DNA from: Nanobdellota archaeon
GTDB lineage: Archaea > Nanobdellota > Nanobdellia > Parvarchaeales > Parvarchaeaceae
DNA length: 64,000 nucleotides
Assembly: GCA_021794235.1 (NCBI GenBank)
Contig: JAJYRE010000018.1
Location: forward strand, 3,441-67,440
Reading direction: 5' to 3'
Under the pieces are notes generated by a model. The model was not told the origin of the DNA. It did not search any database and saw only the letters and a program-made list of their open reading frames with translations. Within the stretch, counting starts at the first letter, position 1, and the number at the start of each line of letters is the position of its first letter. This document shows positions 1-10,849 of the stretch, piece after piece. Made by a program: the position numbers and the translations under genes.

Positions 1-943
1 TGAAGCTCTTGCGATTACAGATTCTGTCTCACCGCTCAGACCATACCTTCCGATACCCCTAACTGTACCGTCTACGCACATGGCGTCTGCTATCAAGAAT
101 ATGTGTCTTAGATCTACCGGTAAACCTACATTCATTAGAGTACTGTTTACCTCTTCTACTATCAGGTTTCTTGCAACTTCTATTCCGAGAACGCCTGACA
201 CTTCTATTATATCGTTTGATATTGTCCTACTGATATCCACGCCATCCAGCTTTAGAACGGCTTCGAGATTTGTTCCAATCGTCTTTATCCAGAACTCACC
301 GGTTTTACTCACGTTAACTATTGCTCTGCTTATTCCGCTGATGCCGGATATTACTATATCGATTATCTTATTTCTCGTTCTTATCAGCTTCTTTATGCTG
401 TCTGCGGACTTATCGGTTATTACCAGAACATCCCCTTCAGTTTTAGCCTCTAACTTTAGTTTTGAAAGTGCACCGGTTATGTCCTTCATTGTTAAATTAT
501 ACTCCTTTAGCAGATCTCTATCAAAAAGCAGCTCTACCATCTTCTTTCTCAACGAGACGCCATATGATGAAGTAAGGTCTCTTATCCTGATCTCTATAAT
601 GTCGTTTGCAAAGTCTGATGCCTTCTGCTTGGATTTTGCAAAGCCCTCTAAAAGATATATATCCATAGTAGGCGTAGATATCTCCTTTTTTGCATCGAAT
701 ATCTCTACCAGTCTCGGAAGACCTGTCGTAGTATTAATCACTGAAAGACCTGCTGCGTGCTTTGTTCTAAGCGTAAGCTGTGTACTTGCCTCACCTATGC
801 TCTGTGCGGCTATTACTCCTACAGCTTCACCAGGCGTTATAAGTGAACGTTTGTATAGCTTCTCCAGTTCTTTCAAATCGGCGTCCTCTCCATATTTATT
901 CTTGAACGCTTCTATGTATTTGTTAGGTATTTCCGTACTCATA
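1..943 (-). CDS. rpoA2: DNA-directed RNA polymerase subunit A'' (partial, C-terminal part runs off window edge)
   Basis: Minus-strand ATG at 943-941 overlaps the rpoA1 stop. Translation begins [65 protein letters not shown], the typical A'' N-terminus. The plus-strand ORF 80-949 is its antisense shadow. Confidence 0.85.
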
Positions 944-3461
944 TCTTAAGATCACCTTTGTCGCTTGCGGACACGTCTAGCCCGTCTTCACCATAGAGGA
1001 ACTGAACCACCTTGTTTCCTACTCTTACCGATAGATCCGGCATTACTTTAAGATCCTGAAGAGCGGATGACAGCCTTCTCTGCATATAACCGGAGATAGG
1101 AGTACGTATCACGTTGTCCATTAACCCTTCTCTACTACTTGCTGAGTGAAGGAAATATTCCCTTGGGTTAAGTCCCTTCCTATAGTTCGAAAGTACAAAT
1201 CCTCTGGCAATTAGTCCGTTATCGCCTTTCTTAAAGTGCGCAGTAAGCCTGCCTTCATAACCATTGCTTATTCTCAGATCCCTGAGCATCTGCTGCCCTA
1301 CAAGACCGACTGTTGGTATAAGGTTTACAGTGCTCCCTTTTGCACCGGATATTATCATAGATTCAACGTTGTTATTCTGTTTGTTTATATAAGCGTCTAT
1401 TATGTTTCTTGTCTTTATTCTTATCCTGTTGGATATACTAAGTATCTTTGATTCTGCAACATCGTCATAATCCTTTGTAAGAGTATTAACTTCCTTGTTT
1501 AGGTCCTCGAACACTTTTTCGATTTCCTGTCTTGCGGCATTTGGTATATCAAAGTCACTTAGATTTACACTCATACCGAATTTTAGAAGTACCATCAAAC
1601 CAAGCTTGTTCGCCTGATCTATAAACTTAGCAGTTACTTCTGGACCGTATCTCACGAACAAAAACTGTAGAAGGCTACCATTTTCCCTACCGATACTTCC
1701 ACTGTCTATTACTCCGTGGGCCAGTTTTCCATTCTTTATGACTACGAGCGAATCCTCGTCCTTTGTGGACTTGTAAGTTGTACTTGTTCCTTCAAAGTTG
1801 AGGTCGTCAGGAAGAACCATGCTGAATATTTCACGGCCTGTATATTTCTTCTTTGTAAGATCTACCACCTCATTTATGTTTGATAACAGGAACTCTGCGG
1901 TCTCTTTATCCACTACCATATCTTTTGAAGTAAGCATAGCGCAACCTGAGATATAGTCCTGAGCGGCGCCTATAAGAGGTAAACCGTGCCTTGGGGATAC
2001 GATATTGTGGGTTATGTTCATTATCATGTCTACTTCCGCGAGCGCCTCTTCATTCTGGAGTACATGGACGTTCATCTCATCACCGTCGAAGTCCGCGTTA
2101 TAAGGAAGTGTGGATGCAGGGTTTATACCGAGCGTGTTATAAGGAAGTACTTTTACCTTGTGCCCCATTATCGATAGCCTGTGAAGGGACGGCTGTCTGT
2201 TGAAAAGTATTGTGTCACCGTCCATAAGGTGCCTCTCTACGATGTAACCTGGCTTTAGCTCATCTACGATATTATCGACCGTGTTCTCTGTTATCTTCTT
2301 CTTTATTCCGTCCGGAGTTATTACGTAATTAGCACCAGGATATGAATTAAAGTTCTTAACAAGCGACTTAAGCCTGTCTATGTTTATGTCTGTAACGTAT
2401 TCGGGATATGTTATTTCTGTAGCGACCTTTGTAGGTACTCCTACCTGGTCGAACCTAAGGAAAGAATCGGGAGAGATTACTGACCTTGCACCATAGTTTA
2501 CCCTTTTACCCAGTGCTGATCCCCTGAACCTACCCTCTTTTCCTTTAATCCTGTCTTCAAGGGTCTTTAATTTCTTATTGGATTTATGACGTGCCACTGG
2601 TACCTGCGCTGAACCATTTGATATAAACGTTGTAACATGGTACTGTAAAAGATCCCACAATTCATCAATAATTATCTCAGGAGCACCGGATCTTATATTC
2701 TCAGCGAGCCTCTGGTTTGTCCTTACTATGTCCGTCAATTTGTGTGTAAGATCATCCTCACTTCTCTGTCCGTTTTCAAGAGTTATCGAAGGACGTATCG
2801 TTATAGGTGGAACTGGCAGAAGTGAAACTATCATCCATTCCGGTCTTGAGTAATCAGGACTAAGCCCGAAAAACTGCAGATCTGAATCCTTTATCTTTTC
2901 CAGTCTGTCTATAACGTCTATCGGTGTCAATTTCTGATCACCTTGTACAAATGTGTATGGTTTTTCCAGTTTTACCTTCTGCTGCTTGGTCTTACAGAAA
3001 GGACATACATTAACATTCTTAGCGTGCTTTATTATCGCCTTCACGAACTTTGTCTTCTTCCTCACACCCTCATTAACTTCAGCCGACAGTATGGCTTCGC
3101 TGAATTTCTTAAGAGAATTGTCTGAGACCAATATTCTACCGCATGAATTGCACGTTGCATTCAATAGGTTGTAAACGTAAGGCACGGTCTTTATGTTAAA
3201 TACAGGCCTGGCTAGTTCTATGTGACCGAAGTGTCCGGGACAGTCCTTTATTGTATTACCGCACGTCTTACAAAGTAGTCCAGGATCTGTTACACCCATT
3301 CTCAGGTCGGACAGTCCGCCGTCTACCGGGAAACCGTCTATATCGTACAGTTCGGATGACGTTACCACGACTGCGCTCATCTTCTGTATAAGCTTTGGAG
3401 ATAATATCCCGAACTCTATCGACTTTATTTTATTGAACACGAAATTGGTCTCTAATTTCAT
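939..3461 (-). CDS. rpoA1: DNA-directed RNA polymerase subunit A'
   Basis: 840 aa. N-terminal zinc-binding motifs ([20 protein letters not shown]) and the NADFDGDEM catalytic motif are present. Confidence 0.95.
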   Translation of the reverse strand: MKLETNFVFNKIKSIEFGILSPKLIQKMSAVVVTSSELYDIDGFPVDGGLSDLRMGVTDPGLLCKTCGNTIKDCPGHFGHIELARPVFNIKTVPYVYNLLNATCNSCGRILVSDNSLKKFSEAILSAEVNEGVRKKTKFVKAIIKHAKNVNVCPFCKTKQQKVKLEKPYTFVQGDQKLTPIDVIDRLEKIKDSDLQFFGLSPDYSRPEWMIVSLLPVPPITIRPSITLENGQRSEDDLTHKLTDIVRTNQRLAENIRSGAPEIIIDELWDLLQYHVTTFISNGSAQVPVARHKSNKKLKTLEDRIKGKEGRFRGSALGKRVNYGARSVISPDSFLRFDQVGVPTKVATEITYPEYVTDINIDRLKSLVKNFNSYPGANYVITPDGIKKKITENTVDNIVDELKPGYIVERHLMDGDTILFNRQPSLHRLSIMGHKVKVLPYNTLGINPASTLPYNADFDGDEMNVHVLQNEEALAEVDMIMNITHNIVSPRHGLPLIGAAQDYISGCAMLTSKDMVVDKETAEFLLSNINEVVDLTKKKYTGREIFSMVLPDDLNFEGTSTTYKSTKDEDSLVVIKNGKLAHGVIDSGSIGRENGSLLQFLFVRYGPEVTAKFIDQANKLGLMVLLKFGMSVNLSDFDIPNAARQEIEKVFEDLNKEVNTLTKDYDDVAESKILSISNRIRIKTRNIIDAYINKQNNNVESMIISGAKGSTVNLIPTVGLVGQQMLRDLRISNGYEGRLTAHFKKGDNGLIARGFVLSNYRKGLNPREYFLHSASSREGLMDNVIRTPISGYMQRRLSSALQDLKVMPDLSVRVGNKVVQFLYGEDGLDVSASDKGDLKI

Positions 3462-5260
3462 ACCTTTCCTCCTAATACCAGTTTAGGATATATACCCACT
3501 GACTTAAGTTCGTCTAGCAGAATCTTAAACGATGCCGATACTTCTATAAGCTTTATCGGCGCGTCTTCTCCATCGACGGAGCAGTAACCTGTTTTCTTTC
3601 TAACGTTATACACGGATACAAGGCCGCATTTTGAACAGATAGGTATAGTGATCTTGTCAGAGTCGAAACGTTCCTTAAGTGCGAGTGCCGATCCATAGGC
3701 CACGAAGCAATCTTTCTCCATTTCTCCAAGACGCAGACCTCCGCTCTTTGACTTTCCTTCGGTTGGCTGTCTGCTAAGCAACTGTATCGGCCCTCTCGAC
3801 CTCCATTGTATCTTGTTAGCAACGAAGTGCTTGAGTCTTATGTACATCATGTCACCGACGAATATTCTTACCTTCATCTCTTCTCCAGTTATTCCGTTGT
3901 ACATCGTCTCTACGCCATTGTCCCTAAATCCGTATGATACCAGCTCTTTCCTGAGACTCTCTTCCGTCTCTCCTACAAAAGGCGTTCCATCGACATGTCT
4001 TCCGCCAAGCGCGCCCACCTTTCCACCGATAAGCTCAAGCAGGTATGCCATGGACATTCTTGTAGGTATAGAGTATGGTGAGAAAATCAGGTCTGGAACG
4101 ATACCCGAGTATGTAAACGGCATATCCTCTTGGTTAAGCAGCATTCCTACGATTCCTTTTTGCCCGCTTCTCGGTCCAAACTTGTCGCCTATCTCGACCT
4201 TTCTATCTTGTCTTACTTTAAGCGAAACATATTTGTTACCGTCTGCTGTGGATGTAAGGAAAACGTTTTCGACTGTTCCTCCTTCCCCTGCTCTGCATTC
4301 AACGGAGGATTCTACGTATTTTTGAACTCCTAATCTAAATTTATCTATCGATGAAACGAACCTAGGCGGTGATACACGGCCTATAAGAACATCACCGCTG
4401 TCTACGTGTGCGGTCGGCACTGCTATCCCATCCTCATCCAGGAATTTGTAAGCATCTTCTGACCTGTAACCTGCAGTATCCTTTTCAGGCACGGTTATTA
4501 TGTCACTCTGGCCGCCGATATATTTGGTTTCTTCTATCTTATAAGGTCTGAAAAACATGGATCTGAACAGACCTCTGTCCACTGATGATTTGTTTATTAT
4601 TATTGCATCGTCCATGTTGTAACCAAGATATGAAAGGACTGCTACTACAATATTTTGACCGAGTACATGGGACTTGAAATATTCATTATCATACATCTTA
4701 GTCTTTACTATAGGCATCTGCTGGTCTATGGCGATCATGGAGTCATTATCGGATCTTATCAAATAATTTGTAGTGTATATGCCTACGCCCTGCTGGACAC
4801 TTTTAACAGCAGTTACATTCCTGTGTGCGTTACTGTGATTTATGAACGGTAGAAGGGAAGCCTGCGTACCGAATATCGAAAGGGGAGTTATCTCCATGTG
4901 AGTGTGCTCTTTGGTAAGTTCGCTCTCGTCTAAAGCGATGAGTGCGGACTCTTCCTCCTCGGCGTCAATATATTCTATCTTTCCGGATGTTATCAGATCA
5001 GCCCATGTTATATGGCCTTCATCGAGAAGTTTTATGTCCTCTTTTGTTACCATAGGTTTCCCGTTTTCGACAACGATAACAGCCCTGATAAGTCTGCCAC
5101 CATCCGAATAAATCAGAACGCCGTCCGACTCTTCTCTGTATCTTACGTTAACTTCCTTCGGTATATTACCGGACCTTCTCTCTTTTATTATGTTTTTTAC
5201 CAGACCCTTTGGATCGTCAGTCTTTCCAACCAAAACACCGTTTACAAAAACAAAACTCAT
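3458..5260 (-). CDS. rpoB1: DNA-directed RNA polymerase subunit B' (C-terminal half of split B)
   Basis: 600 aa with a C-terminal Zn motif (CSKCG...C). It follows B'' with a 4-nt overlap. Confidence 0.95.
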   Translation of the reverse strand: MSFVFVNGVLVGKTDDPKGLVKNIIKERRSGNIPKEVNVRYREESDGVLIYSDGGRLIRAVIVVENGKPMVTKEDIKLLDEGHITWADLITSGKIEYIDAEEEESALIALDESELTKEHTHMEITPLSIFGTQASLLPFINHSNAHRNVTAVKSVQQGVGIYTTNYLIRSDNDSMIAIDQQMPIVKTKMYDNEYFKSHVLGQNIVVAVLSYLGYNMDDAIIINKSSVDRGLFRSMFFRPYKIEETKYIGGQSDIITVPEKDTAGYRSEDAYKFLDEDGIAVPTAHVDSGDVLIGRVSPPRFVSSIDKFRLGVQKYVESSVECRAGEGGTVENVFLTSTADGNKYVSLKVRQDRKVEIGDKFGPRSGQKGIVGMLLNQEDMPFTYSGIVPDLIFSPYSIPTRMSMAYLLELIGGKVGALGGRHVDGTPFVGETEESLRKELVSYGFRDNGVETMYNGITGEEMKVRIFVGDMMYIRLKHFVANKIQWRSRGPIQLLSRQPTEGKSKSGGLRLGEMEKDCFVAYGSALALKERFDSDKITIPICSKCGLVSVYNVRKKTGYCSVDGEDAPIKLIEVSASFKILLDELKSVGIYPKLVLGGKV

Positions 5261-6735
5261 ATTGATTTCACTCCGTATTTTCTGATTATATCGACAACTG
5301 CGTTAGTTTCTATGCCGTCATCAGAAACCTTTGATAGCACAGCTATATTTTTAGTCAGACCTATCTTTGGTCCTTCCGGAGTCTCTACAGCGCAAAACCT
5401 TCCGAAGTGTGTCCCGTGAAGATCTCTTGCCCTGTAATTCTCCCTGTTAGATGTTAAAAGCGATTCTACCTTTCTAAGGTGAGATATTGTGGATGGGAAG
5501 CTCCTCCTGTCAAGGTGCTGTGTTATACCTACCCTTCCACCGACCCACTGGCCCGTAGCCAGAGACGAACGCAGTCTTGTAGTGAGCTGGTCTGATGTAA
5601 ATATGTACTTTGGACTAGGAACTCTGTCCTTTTTTATACCCCTTTCAAAGTTGTATTTTGCATCGTTCAATACCTGTTTGAATATGAATCTGAAAAGCAT
5701 GTCCAAGTTGTAATTTTCCGAGTGCAGCCTCTTGTTGGAGTAGTGGTCCTTGTCGACTTCCCTCTTCTCAAGCGCGTATGTCAACAGTCTTGAAACCACA
5801 TACATTAAGTAGTCTCCCTTCTCTTTTCTTGAATCCTTTTCCCGTCCTAGGAAAGGAAATAGCAGCGAGTCTATGTTGAGTTCAGCTGTGTCCTTTGCGT
5901 GTATCGAGTGCAGAAGCTTTCCTATAGTCTCCAGTGCATCGTTTTCATTCTTTATATCGAATGCAATCATATTTGTTCTTATAGTGTTTTCTATGTCCTC
6001 ATCACCATTGCTGATCTTCTTGATTACCTCGTTTTCACTGGAGAACCCTAGTGCTTTAAGCAGCGTCGTGACTGGGACCCTCTTTAGCTTTCCGAAAGTT
6101 ATGTAAATAAGATTGCTGTTTGACAGCTGTATAGAGTGAGGGACTTTTATAGTGTCTGCATCCGCAAATATCTTCGCGGTGTATACAAAACCCTCCTGCG
6201 AATCCTTGCTTATCAGTATATTGTTTGGTGCCAGATCCTCAGTGGTTATTATTATCCTCTCAGTTCCATTGATTATGAAGTATCCTCCAGGATCGTTTGG
6301 GTCTTCTTTTGCCGCTGCGAGTTCTTCCGGCGACATCCCGTACAGATTGCAGTATCTTGACTTAATAAGTATAGGCATTCTGCCTATTACAACCTGCTCT
6401 TCGCTAACTATCTTTTTATCCGCCTCGTATGAAACTGTTAGCATGATCGGCGCGTCGTATGTAAGATCCCTTATCCTTGCCTCCATCGGCATTATCGGAC
6501 GTACTATGCTATCTGCCTCCAAAAGATCCGGCTTGCCTATAGAAATCTTTCCGAGTTTTATGAGGAATTTATCGATTCCGCTTGGCTTTATTACAGGTTC
6601 AACTACGGATTCGCTGTCCACAATCTTCTGCAGACCCCTGTCGATAAAGTATTCGAATGATTTTATGTGGTGTGCAGAAAGCGAAGTAGCCTTCAGGGCA
6701 GCGCTTAACAAAGTATTGCTTTCGTTCTTATCCAT
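5257..6735 (-). CDS. rpoB2: DNA-directed RNA polymerase subunit B'' (N-terminal half of split B)
   Basis: 492 aa. Split rpoB gene order H-B''-B'-A'-A''. Confidence 0.95.
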   Translation of the reverse strand: MDKNESNTLLSAALKATSLSAHHIKSFEYFIDRGLQKIVDSESVVEPVIKPSGIDKFLIKLGKISIGKPDLLEADSIVRPIMPMEARIRDLTYDAPIMLTVSYEADKKIVSEEQVVIGRMPILIKSRYCNLYGMSPEELAAAKEDPNDPGGYFIINGTERIIITTEDLAPNNILISKDSQEGFVYTAKIFADADTIKVPHSIQLSNSNLIYITFGKLKRVPVTTLLKALGFSSENEVIKKISNGDEDIENTIRTNMIAFDIKNENDALETIGKLLHSIHAKDTAELNIDSLLFPFLGREKDSRKEKGDYLMYVVSRLLTYALEKREVDKDHYSNKRLHSENYNLDMLFRFIFKQVLNDAKYNFERGIKKDRVPSPKYIFTSDQLTTRLRSSLATGQWVGGRVGITQHLDRRSFPSTISHLRKVESLLTSNRENYRARDLHGTHFGRFCAVETPEGPKIGLTKNIAVLSKVSDDGIETNAVVDIIRKYGVKSI

Positions 6736-6742
6736 AAAAAAT

Positions 6743-6976
6743 TCACTTCACAACCACACGATAGTAATTGTGTTCTCCCGCTGTCTGACTGTTTCTGGTT
6801 ATTTCCAGAACGTCGTTCTCGTTTGCTCCGAGTTGTTTAACTGCAGGATCTGATAATTTAATCTTTGGCAGGTCTCTCTTTAGAACATTGTACTTAGCCA
6901 GCATTTCGTCGGTTTCCTGAGTAGACATTACTCTGTATTTGGGCGATAAACGGCTGTCGAAAATGGCGATGTCCAA
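6743..6976 (-). CDS. rpoH: DNA-directed RNA polymerase subunit H
   Basis: 77 aa with an RpoH/Rpb5-like C-terminal domain. It is the first gene of the RNAP operon. Confidence 0.9.
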   Translation of the reverse strand: MDIAIFDSRLSPKYRVMSTQETDEMLAKYNVLKRDLPKIKLSDPAVKQLGANENDVLEITRNSQTAGEHNYYRVVVK

Positions 6977-6989
6977 GCGTAAGACCTCT

Positions 6990-7045
6990 ACTATAATTTA
7001 TAATTGGTAATTATAATATTGATACTATATAAAGCTTTCTATTTG
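6990..7045 (-). promoter_or_regulatory. AT-rich putative BRE/TATA region upstream of the rpoH operon
   Basis: tatataaag / ttataatt motifs lie 20-55 nt upstream of the rpoH ATG. Exact element not determined. Confidence 0.3.
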
Positions 7046-7070
7046 AAAATTTTCCTAAAAAAACAAATTT

Positions 7071-7841
7071 TTAACGCAAATTACTGCCAAAAATAGACTG
7101 TCGCCTCTGCTGCATATCGCTTTTTTCCGAGCTTTTTATTTCTAAAAACAAATGCGTACTTGAAGATGTATACGCTGTAAAAAGGTAGCCGATGAAGAAT
7201 GAAGCCATGAGATACCTGTATACCAGTGCCAATGAACCCAGGGAAAGCACGGGATACATCAATACTGCACCTAAGGCGATATAAACAACGAAAGTCAATA
7301 GAGAGCGCCAGTAATTGTGCCTAGCCATATAATTTGATCTCTTAAAGCTGGAGTAGACTGTCTGTCGCTCGGAGAGCAAGGCTACATTGAAAAACATGTT
7401 TGATACGCCGAAGTACAATCCCGGTACTACAAGGAGGATAAGACCGCCTATAGCCACTAGGTATTGGAACACCGTAGCAAAAAAGAACCTAGGATACTCT
7501 CCTAACGAGACCTTAGCGAGACTGGAAAATTTTACAGCACCCATGACTCTCGTATAGCTATTTATGTAGACTATAAGTTCCGCCAGCCAGACTAGTATAA
7601 AAACTATTGCTAGAACAGAGATTACCCCTAGGGCTAGAAACGAAGTCGAATAAACTGGAGCTAAACCCTGATTGAATACGTTTATACTGAGCCCGAGCGA
7701 ATAAATTGGTACGACGAATGAAAAGAAGAACATTGTTGCTACTGCGGCTATAAAAATAAGAAAGGTCTTTTTCCCTGTTATGGATGTCAGACCTTGCAGT
7801 ATAGGCCTCACATAATCATACAAACCCGAAAAATTGGACAT
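7071..7841 (-). CDS. hypothetical polytopic membrane protein
   Basis: 256 aa with multiple hydrophobic helices. No recognisable motif. Confidence 0.55.
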   Translation of the reverse strand: MSNFSGLYDYVRPILQGLTSITGKKTFLIFIAAVATMFFFSFVVPIYSLGLSINVFNQGLAPVYSTSFLALGVISVLAIVFILVWLAELIVYINSYTRVMGAVKFSSLAKVSLGEYPRFFFATVFQYLVAIGGLILLVVPGLYFGVSNMFFNVALLSERQTVYSSFKRSNYMARHNYWRSLLTFVVYIALGAVLMYPVLSLGSLALVYRYLMASFFIGYLFTAYTSSSTHLFLEIKSSEKSDMQQRRQSIFGSNLR

Positions 7842-7871
7842 ATAATACTATCTTTTCACAAATTAAAATAC

Positions 7872-8519
7872 CTATTTGCTCTGCCTGTTTCTGTAGAACG
7901 CCTTATTTTTGTACTCACAATACTCGTAGACAGGGCAACGGTAACACTGGGGGGACATTGGTTTGCATATATCCCTACCAAACTGCACAAGAGTGTGATT
8001 TGCTATGATCCGAAGGCGGTCAGACAGCATAGACTCCAACACTATTTGTGTGCGTTCAGGTTTTCTGTTGTCCTGAACCACCCCTAATCTCTTAGAAATC
8101 CTATTGACATGAGTATCCACAGGGACGTAGGGAAGACCGAACCCCCATACGAGTACTAGGCTTGCGACCTTATGACCGACGCCCGGGATCATGAGCAGGT
8201 CCTCCTTGTTATCAGGGACTTTTCCTCCGAATCTGTCTAAAAGAACCCGGCATGCGGATTTTAGGTGCTTAGCTTTTGTTTTGTAGAACCCGACGGGGTA
8301 TATCAGTTTTTCTATACGATGCGTGTCTAATTTTACGATTTTATCCGGAGTACCGGCTACTTTCAAAAGTCTAGCCTGTGCGGGAAATGTAGTTGTATCC
8401 TTGGTTCTTGTAGAAAGTATACCGTGGATCAATATTTCAAAAGGATCCTCCTTCTCAAGCTTAACGTGGTATTTTTTCCCGAGTACAGAAATAACTGTTG
8501 ATAGCGTTTTACTGTCCAT
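7872..8519 (-). CDS. nth: endonuclease III (DNA glycosylase/AP lyase, HhH-GPD with 4Fe-4S)
   Basis: HhH motif LLMIPGVGHKVASLVL and a C-x6-C-x2-C-x5-C cluster near the C-terminus. Confidence 0.85.
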   Translation of the reverse strand: MDSKTLSTVISVLGKKYHVKLEKEDPFEILIHGILSTRTKDTTTFPAQARLLKVAGTPDKIVKLDTHRIEKLIYPVGFYKTKAKHLKSACRVLLDRFGGKVPDNKEDLLMIPGVGHKVASLVLVWGFGLPYVPVDTHVNRISKRLGVVQDNRKPERTQIVLESMLSDRLRIIANHTLVQFGRDICKPMSPQCYRCPVYEYCEYKNKAFYRNRQSK

Positions 8520-8543
8520 ATCTAACTATTAGCATTGCCGGAA

Positions 8544-9794
8544 TTAAGTCGTTATGTAATTGCTCGTGAACGAAGCGTTTACAAGCTGGCCATTGTAACC
8601 ATTTCCGCTGAAATCGGAAGTTGTTCCGTTAAGCGGCCACCACGCGACTAGGCTGGCGTTACTTACTACCGGTGTACCTGTTATTCCCCTGCTGTAAGCC
8701 TGATTTATCTGAGATGGTGAGAGTACAACGTTATACAACTGCACATTTGATATGTACCCTATAAACGGCCTCTCATCACATTGTGGGAATTCGTCGCCTA
8801 TACGTATCTGAGGGCCACCAGTATAAGAATTTGTATTCACGGTACTAGACCCAACACCGTTTATCTGAGCGTAGTAATTTGGTGCTTTGACAGAATATGC
8901 CAAGAATACCCATTTCTGATTGTAGAACTCTGTTGCGGAAGAGATCGATACGGTAGTGTCTGCTGGACTGCATCTATGCCATGAGGCAACATAAGGAGAA
9001 ATTCCTTGATTCGGCTGCGTAGCGGAGGTATCCCACCCCCAACCTACTCCCAATGCTTGATAACCATTAAATCCAAAAAGGCCGACTCCGTTTCCGCCCC
9101 CTATAAATGTAGAATTCGGAGATGGCGGAAAATATGTTGAATAATTGTCATAACCGCTCTGTACCCACATTATAACTGTATACGTAGTATTTGTGCCGCT
9201 TATACTCTGAGTTGCATTCATGTAGGAGTATCCTCCTTGTGTATAGGCATAATTCGGATTATTTAATCTAATAAAAGGGTGAGCGAAATTGTTTATCCTA
9301 AGGACAAATGCAGGGATATTGCCGGAGGATGAAGTTCCAGTTAGAGTACCGGATGCCGAATAAGGACCGGGAAATTGAGTCTCAGGTTCAGAATAAGAGA
9401 CTGTAACGCTAAGCGAATATCTGGAATTTGCAGGCGGACAAGCATTAGGCACTGAGAAAGAGTAAGAACCGGAGGTTGGTATAAACGGTTCCGAGTTTAT
9501 AGTGGTTGACGGGTTTGCATTCGCTACCGTACCGTTCTGAAGCTCTACCGATATACCTGTTATCTCTATGAGCTGTGATTGTGAATTGCCTAATGCTAGC
9601 CTAAGCACCCCATTTCCATAGCAGATGGCAGAAACATGGCCCATGCCTGTAAATCCTGTGATGGTTGCTGCTACATTCTGCGCCGGTGTGAATATTCCGA
9701 GAGAATACATTATAACGATGACAGCCGCAATTACCAGTAGGGCCCAGCCATATGTAACTAGGTATTCTAGGGCGGATTGGGACTTGTGCACCAT
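8544..9794 (-). CDS. type IV pilin-like (class III signal peptide) surface protein with LamG-type lectin ectodomain
   Basis: N-terminus MVHKSQSALEYLVTYGWALLVIAAVIVIM is a prepilin-type signal plus hydrophobic helix. The C-terminal region carries LamG-like motifs (FIGYISNVQLYN...; WWPLNGTTSDFSGNGYNGQLVNASF). Confidence 0.75.
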   Translation of the reverse strand: MVHKSQSALEYLVTYGWALLVIAAVIVIMYSLGIFTPAQNVAATITGFTGMGHVSAICYGNGVLRLALGNSQSQLIEITGISVELQNGTVANANPSTTINSEPFIPTSGSYSFSVPNACPPANSRYSLSVTVSYSEPETQFPGPYSASGTLTGTSSSGNIPAFVLRINNFAHPFIRLNNPNYAYTQGGYSYMNATQSISGTNTTYTVIMWVQSGYDNYSTYFPPSPNSTFIGGGNGVGLFGFNGYQALGVGWGWDTSATQPNQGISPYVASWHRCSPADTTVSISSATEFYNQKWVFLAYSVKAPNYYAQINGVGSSTVNTNSYTGGPQIRIGDEFPQCDERPFIGYISNVQLYNVVLSPSQINQAYSRGITGTPVVSNASLVAWWPLNGTTSDFSGNGYNGQLVNASFTSNYITT

Positions 9795-9864
9795 ATAAGA
9801 TATTAATATAGATTAACTTATAATAATGTCTTACATTGATACCCTATAAATATAGGTATTTGTA

Positions 9865-10203
9865 TTGCATATGGATTACAAGATAAAAAGCGAAGGGTTG
9901 AAGGCTCTGGTAGAGAAATATGACATAGATCTCGGAGAGATAGTAGACTGGATAAAAGAAAAAAAATTCAATAAGGTTGCCATACAGATACCGGATGGAT
10001 TCAAGCTGCACGCCATGGAAATCTCTGATTTCATAAGCGAAAACTCAGGTGCCGAAGTCTACATATGGGGAGGAAGCACTTACGGTGCATGTGATATCCC
10101 TGTGGGTCTAGAAAAGCTGGGAATAAAGGCGATAATTCAGTTCGGCCATGCCAGGTTTAGGGCGGACGAATTAAAGAGACCTACGGAGATAAGAAATGAT
10201 TAG
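9865..10203 (+). pseudogene. dph2: Dph2 (diphthamide synthesis radical-SAM-like enzyme) N-terminal domain only, truncated or split
   Basis: KVAIQIPDGFKLHAMEISDFISENSGAEVYIWGGSTYGACDIPVGLEKLGIKAIIQFGHA aligns with Dph2 domain 1 including the first Fe-S cysteine. The ORF stops after 112 aa, whereas full Dph2 is ~330 aa. Confidence 0.6.
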
Positions 10204-10849
10204 GATAGGCGTAGACGAGGCCGGAAGAGGCCCCGTTATAGGCCCGCTGGTAGTTGCCGGCGTGAGTATTGACGAGAAGGATATAGAAAAATTTAAGAGT
10301 GCCGGCGTCAAAGATTCTAAACTTTTAAGTATAAGACGAATATACTTCCTGGAAAAATTCGTGATGGAAAACGCAGCGGATTTTAAGCACTATGAGATAT
10401 GGCCGGCGGACATAGATGAAAGAAGCAAGGAGAACACGAATCTGAACTATATGGAACTAGATAAGATGGCCAGGATTGCGAACGAACTCGGAGGAGATAT
10501 GGTAACTGTAGATTCTCCGAGTGCGAATACGCTTAAGGTAGAAAAATACCTTACAAAACTGATAAAAAACAAGAAAGTGGTAGCCAAAAACTACGCTGAC
10601 AGGGATTTTGTAGAAGTGTCTGCGGCGTCTATAATCGCAAAGGCAAACAGGGAGAGAGAAGTCGATAAGATAAAAAAGGACATAGGTTACGATTTCGGAA
10701 GCGGTTATCCTTCGGATCCAAAGACTGCTAACTTTCTTGGAATCATAATAGAAAACGGTAAGATAAACCAGATGCCTTACAAGAAGTACATAAGGAGTAC
10801 ATGGCGGACTATAACTAGACTAAAGAATAGAACGCTTTCAGAATATTGA
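10196..10849 (+). CDS. rnhB: ribonuclease HII
   Basis: MIRIGVDEAGRGPVIGPLVVAGV catalytic DEAGRG motif. 217 aa. Confidence 0.9.
   Translation: MIRIGVDEAGRGPVIGPLVVAGVSIDEKDIEKFKSAGVKDSKLLSIRRIYFLEKFVMENAADFKHYEIWPADIDERSKENTNLNYMELDKMARIANELGGDMVTVDSPSANTLKVEKYLTKLIKNKKVVAKNYADRDFVEVSAASIIAKANREREVDKIKKDIGYDFGSGYPSDPKTANFLGIIIENGKINQMPYKKYIRSTWRTITRLKNRTLSEY

Noticed and set aside
80-949. 289-aa plus-strand ORF at the left edge
   Set aside because: Low-complexity S/I/L-rich translation. The minus strand in the same interval gives a clean RpoA'' N-terminus contiguous with rpoA1. It is an antisense shadow ORF.
3813-4325. 170-aa plus-strand ORF
   Set aside because: Antisense to rpoB'.
6152-6853. 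233-aa plus-strand ORF
   Set aside because: Antisense to rpoB'', which has strong homology. Composition typical of shadow ORFs.
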